Below, piece after piece: positions 8,380 through 15,332 of a DNA stretch of 16,000 bases. The DNA is from Neptuniibacter sp. QD29_5 (GTDB taxonomy: Bacteria; Pseudomonadota; Gammaproteobacteria; Pseudomonadales; Balneatricaceae), in contig NZ_CP180556.1 in NCBI RefSeq assembly GCF_047778125.1, positions 2,373,231 to 2,389,230 on the forward strand, written 5' to 3'. Made by a program: the position numbers and the translations under genes. The first letter of the stretch is position 1. Every line of letters starts with the position of its first letter. The notes under the pieces were generated by a model that saw only the letters and a list, made by a program, of their open reading frames with translations, did no database searches and was not told the origin of the DNA.

Positions 8380-8402
8380 AAGATGTAAATATGATACATG
8401 TT
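8380..8402. promoter_or_regulatory. NsrR-type operator candidate (box 2), distal to hmp
   Basis: AAGATGTAAAT-A-TGATACATGTT matches 17/22 of the same consensus. The ATGTA/TACAT cores are palindromic. It overlaps a candidate hmp -35 (TTTACA, 8384-8389 on the minus strand). Confidence 0.55.
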
Positions 8403-8599
8403 ATAAATTCAGGACGACTACAGACTTTATAGATAAAGATCTTTTAGATCAGATAGTTAACTGGATTATTTTTTTAACTTTAATAGTTCAAACACCCTAA
8501 GCATCTAAAGGCAAAGACTAAAAAAGGACAAATTTATCTACGGATGGAGCAGAAATCTCTTGCTCGAAAGAACATTACATTAACGAAGAGGATAGATTC

Positions 8600-9685
8600 T
8601 TGGATAATGACAACTGGGTTAAACCCACCCTTATAAGATCATCCATCATTGCCATTGTTGTAGGCACGCTACTCAACCTAATTAATCAGGGCGATCAATT
8701 CTTTGCTGGATACTATGTTAATTGGCTCAAAGTGAGCCTGACCTACTGCGTTCCCTTCTCGGTATCGCTATTTAGCAGCTGGTTAATCATCCGTAGTCGG
8801 CCAGAACTAAAATCTTGCCCAGAGGTAATAAACCATCAACACTTAGTTGGGAATGAACTGAACTCATTAACCGACTTTGCCCAAAAAGTGCTAAGCAACG
8901 CGACCAAGGTAAATAAAGCCTCCACTGAGCGACTCGCATTTTTACAGTCACTCTCCACCAGCATTAATTCCTCTATAAAAGAATTAAACGGTATCGGCCA
9001 AACGCTAGAAGGGAGTGAAAATGACCTTGGGGGGATTCAATCTAATTTCGGAAAACTGATGGATCAAACCTCACTACTCGGTAACGAAATCCATCAATTT
9101 TCCAATGCCTCGCAATCGCTAAAACATGAGATCGCGCAATTTTTAGCGTCCTTTGAAGGTATCTCCTCGCTGGCGTCTGCAATTACAACCACCTCAGAGC
9201 AAACTAACCTGCTTGCCCTGAATGCTGCTATTGAAGCAGCTCGAGCAGGAGAAGCAGGTAAAGGCTTTGCCGTAGTAGCTGATGAAGTAAAAGCGCTGGC
9301 ACAGCATTCGCGCGAAAATGCACAGGATATCGATCAGAATCTAGAAAACCTGAAACAACATGAGATCCGTCTTAAAGCTCAACTAGAACTGATCGAGCGC
9401 ACAGTAAATAACTCATTAAAAACCGTGAGTACAGGTACAGAGAATGGCATGTCTTCTTTAACCGATGAAACGCTATCTAAAATCGATACGTTGTTCAGCC
9501 ATATTCAAGCAATCAATGAACGCACCTCAGAAGAGCTAGAAAACTTCCAGGAGATCTCTCAACAATTTGAAGCGGTAATAGGCGATGCGCAAAAAGCAAT
9601 TGATGGCTCAGCAGCCAATATTACGTTTGGGGCATCGATGGTGGATCTGAGTTCGACGATGTCATCTAAGCTCAAGATCGCTTAG
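8600..9685 (+). CDS. Methyl-accepting chemotaxis protein with an NrtS-like (nitrate/nitrite transporter family) 2-TM N-terminal module
   Basis: The C-terminal two thirds is a canonical MCP signalling hairpin ([40 protein letters not shown]). The N-terminal 65 aa ([20 protein letters not shown]...[20 protein letters not shown]) resembles NrtS. There is no in-frame ATG near the 5' end. The start is TTG at 8600, 7 nt after SD GAGGA. Confidence 0.85.
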   Translation: MDNDNWVKPTLIRSSIIAIVVGTLLNLINQGDQFFAGYYVNWLKVSLTYCVPFSVSLFSSWLIIRSRPELKSCPEVINHQHLVGNELNSLTDFAQKVLSNATKVNKASTERLAFLQSLSTSINSSIKELNGIGQTLEGSENDLGGIQSNFGKLMDQTSLLGNEIHQFSNASQSLKHEIAQFLASFEGISSLASAITTTSEQTNLLALNAAIEAARAGEAGKGFAVVADEVKALAQHSRENAQDIDQNLENLKQHEIRLKAQLELIERTVNNSLKTVSTGTENGMSSLTDETLSKIDTLFSHIQAINERTSEELENFQEISQQFEAVIGDAQKAIDGSAANITFGASMVDLSSTMSSKLKIA

Positions 9686-9698
9686 ATTGAAAGATAAC

Positions 9699-9741
9699 TT
9701 AATCTGACAGCGCACATAGAAGTTAGCGGCTGTCAGATTAA
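9699..9741. terminator. Hairpin between convergent MCP and cytochrome b562 genes, putative bidirectional terminator
   Basis: A perfect 13-bp inverted repeat, ttaatctgacagc (9699-9711) / gctgtcagattaa (9729-9741), has a 17-nt loop. The flanking T-tracts are poor. Confidence 0.5.
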
Positions 9742-9760
9742 ATTGGGGAGAAAATCAGCC

Positions 9761-10180
9761 TTAGTCGAAGATGCTAAGGAACAACTCCCACTTACTTGGC
9801 TTCGCCTTCTTATGATATTCCTTACGTAGCTCATCCACTGCTTCAAGCTGCTTCTGCACCTGCTTTAGGTTATCAGCCGTCGCAACTGGAATCCCATTTA
9901 CCAGTTGTTCTACTTTTTTCAGACCTTCAAGAGAGATCACTTTGCGCTCAGGTGAAAAGTCATAAGCCTGCGCGTTTTTCAGATGATCTTTGAAGATATC
10001 CATTCGTTGGTTAAAGCCCTCAGCCGAGCTACTCACCATCGCTTCTTTATACTGCAGACGCATCTCTTTCATAGTCTGTTTTAAAGTTAGCGGGTTACCT
10101 GCACTTACATACCCACTTGTTGTGAACATCACAGCAACTAACAAAGAACTAAATAACGTTTTAAAAGCAGAGAACTTCAT
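9761..10180 (-). CDS. cybC: Periplasmic cytochrome b562-family four-helix-bundle protein
   Basis: It has a Sec signal peptide (…TSGYVSA/GNP). The mature N-terminus LKQTMKEM parallels the E. coli b562 Met ligand region (DNMETL). The C-terminus LRKEYHKK parallels TRNAYHQKYR (His ligand). Length and helical character fit the family. Confidence 0.65.
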   Translation of the reverse strand: MKFSAFKTLFSSLLVAVMFTTSGYVSAGNPLTLKQTMKEMRLQYKEAMVSSSAEGFNQRMDIFKDHLKNAQAYDFSPERKVISLEGLKKVEQLVNGIPVATADNLKQVQKQLEAVDELRKEYHKKAKPSKWELFLSIFD

Positions 10181-10342
10181 AAAAAAATCAACCTACATAA
10201 CATCAAGATATTTACCGAGCAGGTAATATATCAGATCTGACGATTAGGCTGAATCAAAGCGTAGTCATGTTAAAGACGCTTAGAGATAGTGGGGCTTGAA
10301 TTGGATAAGAAAAATCCTGCGCCCATGCAAATATTATCTGGT

Positions 10343-10972
10343 TTAGTACAAGGTATTTTTAACCCTATCTTCGATGATCTCCTCTACCTTTTTTACCTCT
10401 TCGGCTGATTTAGACGGATCAATCTGTGCCATTAGAATCTTACCCAAGCTTGGCATGATATTCCGATCAACTATCGATTCTGGCTCCCATAATTTAGAAC
10501 GCGTAATCGCTTTAGCGCAGTGAAAGTAGATCTCTTTGATAGAGATAACGATAGCGGATTTCGGCAACTTACCTTGATACTCACAGCGCTCTAAAACAGA
10601 AGCATTCGTAATAATTTTGGCCGTGCCATTAACTCGAAGACATTCACTGAACCCCGGCACTAACACCAAAAGTCCAACATGAGGGTTCTGAATAATATTA
10701 CTTAAGCTATCTAAGCGATTGTTGCCGGGGCGATCTGGGAGAATAATCGTACTGTCATCCCAAATTTGAATAAAACCAGCATGATCTCCCCTCGGCGAGC
10801 AATCCATATTGCCTTGATTATCCGATGTAGCCAGCAACATAAAAGGCGATAACTCTATGAATTTCTGACTAAATTTATCGAGCTGAGTCTTTTGCTTTTT
10901 AATCACTAGCTCCATCGGAAGACCATATAACTCTCTAAGTTTTTCTACCGAATCGATCTGTTCTAATTCCAT
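10343..10972 (-). CDS. Pyridoxamine 5'-phosphate oxidase (PPOX)-class FMN-binding flavoprotein, MSMEG_1061-like subfamily
   Basis: The motifs SPFMLLATSD..G..DCSPRGD..GF, LPDRPGNNRLDSL.NI..NPHVGLL.LVPG and ECLRVNG.AKI are characteristic of this subfamily. A strong SD GGAGGG lies 5 nt before the ATG. Confidence 0.8.
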   Translation of the reverse strand: MELEQIDSVEKLRELYGLPMELVIKKQKTQLDKFSQKFIELSPFMLLATSDNQGNMDCSPRGDHAGFIQIWDDSTIILPDRPGNNRLDSLSNIIQNPHVGLLVLVPGFSECLRVNGTAKIITNASVLERCEYQGKLPKSAIVISIKEIYFHCAKAITRSKLWEPESIVDRNIMPSLGKILMAQIDPSKSAEEVKKVEEIIEDRVKNTLY

Positions 10973-11032
10973 AATTCCCTCCCCTTAATATCTGATTCAA
11001 ACAAGATAAACCGCTCATCTGCATCTTGATAG

Positions 11033-11061
11033 TTGACTAGAATACTATGGGATCATAACAT
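11033..11061 (+). promoter_or_regulatory. Candidate sigma-70 promoter for the CCGSCS micro-ORF
   Basis: TTGACT (11033-11038), a 17-nt spacer, then TAACAT (11056-11061). This is a by-eye match only. Confidence 0.3.
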
Positions 11062-11079
11062 GTAAAATAAATACATCTA
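11057..11079. promoter_or_regulatory. NsrR-type operator candidate (box 3), between the PPOX gene and the CCGSCS micro-ORF
   Basis: The minus strand reads TAGATGTATTT-A-TTTTACATGTT, matching 17/22 of the remembered NsrR consensus and 18/23 of box 2 at 8380-8402. It overlaps the candidate -10 and ends 21 nt before the micro-ORF ATG. Confidence 0.5.
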
Positions 11080-11100
11080 ATATTATATAAAGGTATTCCT

Positions 11101-11277
11101 ATGTCTTCTCTACTAAAAAGCTTGTTCAAGAAAGATAAAGACGTTGCTGAAACTGCAACAACAAAAGAAGCATCCGCTGTAGAAGTAGCAGCAAAAGGAG
11201 ATGGTAACAGTAAAGAATCGAATGAGAAGAAAGGTAAACACGGTCAACCAGGCGTATGCTGCGGATCATGCTCTTAA
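11101..11277 (+). CDS. 58-aa small protein with C-terminal HGxPGxCCGSCS motif (CCGSCS-motif family); absent from the ORF track
   Basis: My own translation is MSSLLKSLFKKDKDVAETATTKEASAVEVAAKGDGNSKESNEKKGKHGQPGVCCGSCS*. The ATG follows AAGG by 7 nt. The stop is followed 12 nt later by a perfect 12-bp hairpin. The ORF lies in an otherwise empty divergent intergenic region. Confidence 0.65.
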   Translation: MSSLLKSLFKKDKDVAETATTKEASAVEVAAKGDGNSKESNEKKGKHGQPGVCCGSCS

Positions 11278-11289
11278 CACTATGATAAC

Positions 11290-11322
11290 CTGTAACCTCG
11301 GTCCCCTTAGCCGAGGTTACAG
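11290..11322 (+). terminator. Perfect 12-bp hairpin after the micro-ORF, putative terminator without a U-tract
   Basis: ctgtaacctcgg (11290-11301) / ccgaggttacag (11311-11322) with a 9-nt loop. A second 9-bp hairpin follows at 11327-11358. Confidence 0.4.
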
Positions 11323-11453
11323 CCTACTCAGTGACATACTGCTTCTAAGGTCACTGAGCAAAAAATCACAATTACAAGGACGATGCTATTGCCCTCTAAC
11401 CTAAACAAGAGGGATTTGTATACAGGTAGCAGCGCTGTAAACCTTGCTTTACC

Positions 11454-12305
11454 TCAGCCTCCCAACAACACGCGAGTTAAGATCGATTTACGATAAAGGT
11501 GTTCTGGAATTTGATGCTCAATCTTAGCATGCAGTTCCGGTAGCCTTGACCAGTGAACCCCCTGCTTGTGATGGTGAGCGGTATGGTAACCAAGGTTACC
11601 AGTCAAGCGGTTAAACAGTGGATTCAAATTATTATAGGAAGCTTCAAACTCATTCTCTGTATCTAAACCAGAGTGATGTTCATAAGTCACATAGGAGGTA
11701 AACAGCAAGCTTGTAATCATAGGCAATACAAACAACAGCAACCCTGCAACAGGATTAAACCAAACCAATACAGCAACGATTGCGAAGGTAATTGCTGTAT
11801 AGGTTAAAAAGGTAGACAGCTGCTTAGGGTGCTTTTTGCCCACCTGGTAACCGCGACTATAGGCCGTTAAAGCAACATTTAATGTGTACTCAATAGCCCC
11901 CATCTGCTTACCATCTTTACGCTTCCAACGACTTTCATCTTTCTCTTGATCAAGGAAGTTAAGGTGATGGCCTAGGACATGGTGCAAACGCCATAAATGC
12001 GTCGTTACCCCAGTATGCAAAGCATAAACAAATTCTAATACGCGATTTAGAAAGTTATTTCTAAAAGTGAAAAGATGCTGGTGGTGATGATTCCACGCAC
12101 AGATCACTCCTTTTGGAATGATCATCAATAGATAATAAAGCGTCAGTACAACAGGGTCACTCACTGTAAAGTAAAGTACAAAATCAACTACAGTAAGGCT
12201 CAAGATAATCAACACTGGCAAACAGTCTTCTTTATACCTAAACCCGAGTAAACCACCATCTTTCATGAGAGATATCGCACCGAACAAAAATTGGCTGACA
12301 AACAT
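11454..12305 (-). CDS. Membrane fatty-acid desaturase/hydroxylase superfamily protein (di-iron, three His boxes)
   Basis: His boxes are HHHQH (HxxxH), HRLHH (HxxHH, followed by GHH) and HTAHHH (HxxHH). They are arranged around about four TM helices. No SD precedes ATG 12305, so the start is uncertain. Confidence 0.75.
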   Translation of the reverse strand: MFVSQFLFGAISLMKDGGLLGFRYKEDCLPVLIILSLTVVDFVLYFTVSDPVVLTLYYLLMIIPKGVICAWNHHHQHLFTFRNNFLNRVLEFVYALHTGVTTHLWRLHHVLGHHLNFLDQEKDESRWKRKDGKQMGAIEYTLNVALTAYSRGYQVGKKHPKQLSTFLTYTAITFAIVAVLVWFNPVAGLLLFVLPMITSLLFTSYVTYEHHSGLDTENEFEASYNNLNPLFNRLTGNLGYHTAHHHKQGVHWSRLPELHAKIEHQIPEHLYRKSILTRVLLGG

Positions 12306-12396
12306 AAAGGAAACGGCGTTGGCTGTATATAAGAAATACTAACAACGCAGCGGAAAAAGCACAGTTATTGATCTAAGTAACTATCCAACTATTTAG

Positions 12397-13245
12397 TCAA
12401 AACTGTTCTTCTAACCACTGAGCAAAGATACGTACTTGGTGGGTATCCCCAGTGAAAGGCGATGCTCGGTAAGAATAGTTATAACCTGTAAGCCGTGGCA
12501 TCCCCTTATCCTCCACTAACCAGCCTCGCTGACAGGTACTTTCAACCAGCACATCACTCATCAGCGCATACCCTTGCCCTGCAAGCGCTGCTTGTAATGC
12601 AAACTGCTCCTGATTAAAGCTACGAGCGGTATAAGTTAAATCATCGAAATAGGGTCGCCATGTGATATTGGCGAGAACATCATCTTCCCACTCCGTAACA
12701 AATAGGTTGGGATTCTCTTCCAATTGATCTAAGAAATCCGGTCTGGCATAACAAGACAACTGTTCTTGAGCTAACAGCTTTTCTTCGGGATCATCACTCT
12801 CCAAACCATAACGTATTGCTATATCTATTCTCCGATCATGCTCAAGCTCCACCAGCGTATTGCTAGCGCAAATTTCTACCTCAATATCAGGGTATCTCAA
12901 ATTAAATTCGGTAAGGCGTGGAGCCAGCCATAAGCTCGCAAATGAGGTACAGCAAGAGATCGTCACCCTGTTACTCGGTGTTTTTATCTCCTCTAAACAC
13001 ATGTGCAATTGATTCAGTACAGAGAGCGATGTCTCAGCTAACTTCTCCCCCTCAGGAGTGAGCTCGATGCTCCGCACCTTACGTTCAAACAGCGTTACAT
13101 TTAACTGTGCTTCTAAACTTCGAATCTGATGTGACACCGCAGTGGGCGTGACATTCAATACCTTAGCCGCTTGTTTAAAGCTCAAATATTGCGCAGCAAT
13201 GGCAAAGGTTTTGATGGCATTTAACGGTGGCAGCTGACCTAGCAT
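12397..13245 (-). CDS. LysR-family transcriptional regulator (GcvA-like subgroup)
   Basis: The N-terminal wHTH is LPPLNAIKTFAIAAQYLSFKQAAKVLNVTPTAVSHQIRSLEAQL, followed by a substrate-binding domain. It is divergent from the reductase gene at 13362. Confidence 0.9.
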   Translation of the reverse strand: MLGQLPPLNAIKTFAIAAQYLSFKQAAKVLNVTPTAVSHQIRSLEAQLNVTLFERKVRSIELTPEGEKLAETSLSVLNQLHMCLEEIKTPSNRVTISCCTSFASLWLAPRLTEFNLRYPDIEVEICASNTLVELEHDRRIDIAIRYGLESDDPEEKLLAQEQLSCYARPDFLDQLEENPNLFVTEWEDDVLANITWRPYFDDLTYTARSFNQEQFALQAALAGQGYALMSDVLVESTCQRGWLVEDKGMPRLTGYNYSYRASPFTGDTHQVRIFAQWLEEQF

Positions 13246-13361
13246 GATCTAAACCCGAACCCATAGATGAATAAAACTTACTTATAAGCAGCAACTATTC
13301 GTTTGTCAATCTAGCGACTGGAGCGAGAAAATCAACCAAATAAAAAATCACGGAGCTCCAA

Positions 13362-14039
13362 ATGCCAACCATCCTACATCTAGATGCCAGCGCACGTGGC
13401 TGGCAGCCAAACGGCGAGAAACATCAATCTATTTCACGCTATATAGCCCATCTTGCGGTAACCACTTTTAAAAAGATGATCCCTGATTGTGATGTTATTT
13501 ATCGGGATTTAGCTAAGAAACCACCAGGATTTATCAACGAACAGTGGATTGCAGCATGTTTCTCCGAATCACCTACAGCTGAGCAGAACAAAGCCCTCGC
13601 GCAATCCGACCAATATATAGCGGAGATAGAACAAGCAGATATCATTGTGCTCTCATCACCTATGTATAACTACGGTATGCCCGCGGTATTGAAAGCATGG
13701 TTTGATCAAATCATACGCATAAATAAAACTTTCTCATTCGATCTAGCTAGGGGTGATTATCCACTTGAACCTATCCTCAGTGGGAAAAAACTAATCTTAT
13801 GCACATCTTGGGGGGAGTTTGATTTTGCAAAAGGTAAGGAGCGAGCTCATCTCAACCATCTATCACCTCATATAGAGCAGCTCAGCCCTTATCTAGGCGC
13901 AGAAGAGTTCTATGAGATCAGCAGTGAATATCAGGAGTTCTCGGATCAACGACATAAAGCGTCACTAGAAGCAGCGCAACTCAAATCAGTCGAACTTGCA
14001 CAGTCCATAGCCGAAACCTATTCAACGGCTGTAGCTTAG
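13362..14039 (+). CDS. FMN-dependent NADH azoreductase/quinone reductase family (AzoR-like flavodoxin fold)
   Basis: ILHLDAS..G..S.SR and PMYNYGMPAVLKAWFDQIIRINKTF parallel E. coli AzoR [27 protein letters not shown] GGAG lies 6 nt before the ATG. Confidence 0.8.
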   Translation: MPTILHLDASARGWQPNGEKHQSISRYIAHLAVTTFKKMIPDCDVIYRDLAKKPPGFINEQWIAACFSESPTAEQNKALAQSDQYIAEIEQADIIVLSSPMYNYGMPAVLKAWFDQIIRINKTFSFDLARGDYPLEPILSGKKLILCTSWGEFDFAKGKERAHLNHLSPHIEQLSPYLGAEEFYEISSEYQEFSDQRHKASLEAAQLKSVELAQSIAETYSTAVA

Positions 14040-14055
14040 AGTTTTTTCGAAATAG

Positions 14056-14496
14056 TTACACCTGATTTCGACCAGCGCCTTTAAACAAGGCGCTTTTTAG
14101 GAACAGATATACAGCAACAACTAAATCAAACGAAATACACATAACAGCATACCACTCAGGTGCGAAGTGACCTCCTGCTCCAACTAAATGTAAACCTACA
14201 TCCCAAACTGGATGTAACAGCCAACCCAGCGCTAAGAAATGAAGTCCAGAACGTTTGGACAATAGATAGAAACAGCCGTATACCAGCACGCCAACGGTTT
14301 CGATCATTAACCACGTCGAACTCGCACCATAGAGCACAGCAAAACCAATATAAATCAGCGCAGCAATAACTAGTGCTATACCAAAGATATTAATCTGCTC
14401 TTGCTCTGCTCTACCCTTTGCGAACTTAATTAAGAGTCCACCGCCTGCTAAACCGAATAGTAGCCACAGAATCGTATCGAAATGCTCCATAAACAC
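14056..14496 (-). CDS. Small integral membrane protein (4 TM), family uncertain, possibly DUF6010-like
   Basis: The protein is hydrophobic throughout and carries a conserved-looking GWLLHPVWDVGLH motif. The start is either GTG 14496 or ATG 14490. Confidence 0.5.
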   Translation of the reverse strand: MFMEHFDTILWLLFGLAGGGLLIKFAKGRAEQEQINIFGIALVIAALIYIGFAVLYGASSTWLMIETVGVLVYGCFYLLSKRSGLHFLALGWLLHPVWDVGLHLVGAGGHFAPEWYAVMCISFDLVVAVYLFLKSALFKGAGRNQV

Positions 14497-14531
14497 CCAT
14501 CATTAAACGAAGCTCTAATATGGAAGCTAGG

Positions 14532-15113
14532 TTATAACTTTGCCTTTATCTTTTTAACAAACGCTTCAACCCGAGATTTAGATGGGTTTTCACTTTTATA
14601 AAAAGATAACATCTGGAATTTACAGCCTTTGGTACACGCACCTAACAGAGCTATTTTGAGGACCTTCTTAACCGGCTGGCGTAAGATGAACAGATCGACC
14701 CACCAAGGAGATCCCAAAGTGGTAACTACTTTAACCTCTTTAAGCTTATTCAAGCGCGGCTGAATAGCCCCAAGGTCTTTGGCATGATCGTAAGCGAAAC
14801 CCGGCGCCCAAACCCGATCAAACCAGCCTTTTAACATTGCCGGAAAACCAAACCACCAAGTTGGAAAGATCAGTACGAGGGATTCGGCTTCTTGCAGTTG
14901 TTGTATATCTGCTTTCAGTCGTGAGTCATCAAACTGATCAGCGTAGTAGCTCTGGCGTTCGCCCTCTTTAAGCGCGGGTTCAAAGCCCGATTCGTAAAGG
15001 TTGAGTAGCGCAATATCATAGCCCTTTGCAGCTAAATGTTTAACCGTTTCATCACAAAAATGATGACACAAACTATCCTTTAAAGGATGGGTAAAGACTA
15101 CCAAACACTTCAC
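14532..15113 (-). CDS. NAD(P)H dehydrogenase (quinone), Flavodoxin_2 / NQO-KefF-like
   Basis: The motifs are MKCLVVFTHP...S and FPTWWFGFPAMLKGWFDRVWAPGFAY. The GTG start at 15113 is preceded by a strong SD AAGGAG. Confidence 0.85.
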   Translation of the reverse strand: MKCLVVFTHPLKDSLCHHFCDETVKHLAAKGYDIALLNLYESGFEPALKEGERQSYYADQFDDSRLKADIQQLQEAESLVLIFPTWWFGFPAMLKGWFDRVWAPGFAYDHAKDLGAIQPRLNKLKEVKVVTTLGSPWWVDLFILRQPVKKVLKIALLGACTKGCKFQMLSFYKSENPSKSRVEAFVKKIKAKL

Positions 15114-15274
15114 GTGACTCTCCTTAACTTATTACAACGATGCGCAAATCCTAGAGCGATCTGGATGTTATTTACAGTCGTTAAAGCACAAGAAAAGCGT
15201 TAGAAATAGTGACGGGTAGAGGGGAAATAAGAAAAGAGATATTCGGTGAGAATAGTGACTTCCAAGAAGGCATT

Positions 15275-15315
15275 AAAAAACCTTACATTCGGTAATACAA
15301 CCGAATGTAAGGTTT
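15275..15315 (-). terminator. Rho-independent terminator of the thiolase gene
   Basis: The minus strand reads aaaccttacattcgg-ttgtatta-ccgaatgtaaggttt followed by ttt, giving a run of six T. It starts 18 nt after the thiolase stop. Confidence 0.8.
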
Positions 15316-15332
15316 CGCTATTTAATCAAAGA

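Noticed and set aside
8318-8599. NorR/sigma-54 or FNR control of hmp
   Set aside because: I found no TGGCAC-N5-TTGC-type -24/-12 element, no NorR GT-N7-AC repeats and no TTGAT-N4-ATCAA box by eye. The NsrR-like palindromes fit better.
8544-8636. 30-aa ORF ([30 protein letters not shown]) overlapping the MCP start in another frame; considered as a leader peptide or an alternative MCP start
   Set aside because: It is in a different frame from the MCP and has no SD. There is no attenuator-like structure. The TTG at 8600 with a GAGGA SD explains the MCP start adequately.
11201-11404. 67-aa plus-strand ORF from the track
   Set aside because: It overlaps the CCGSCS micro-ORF out of frame and then reads through both intergenic hairpins. 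It has no SD. The 11101-11277 frame has the better start context and a recognisable conserved C-terminal motif.
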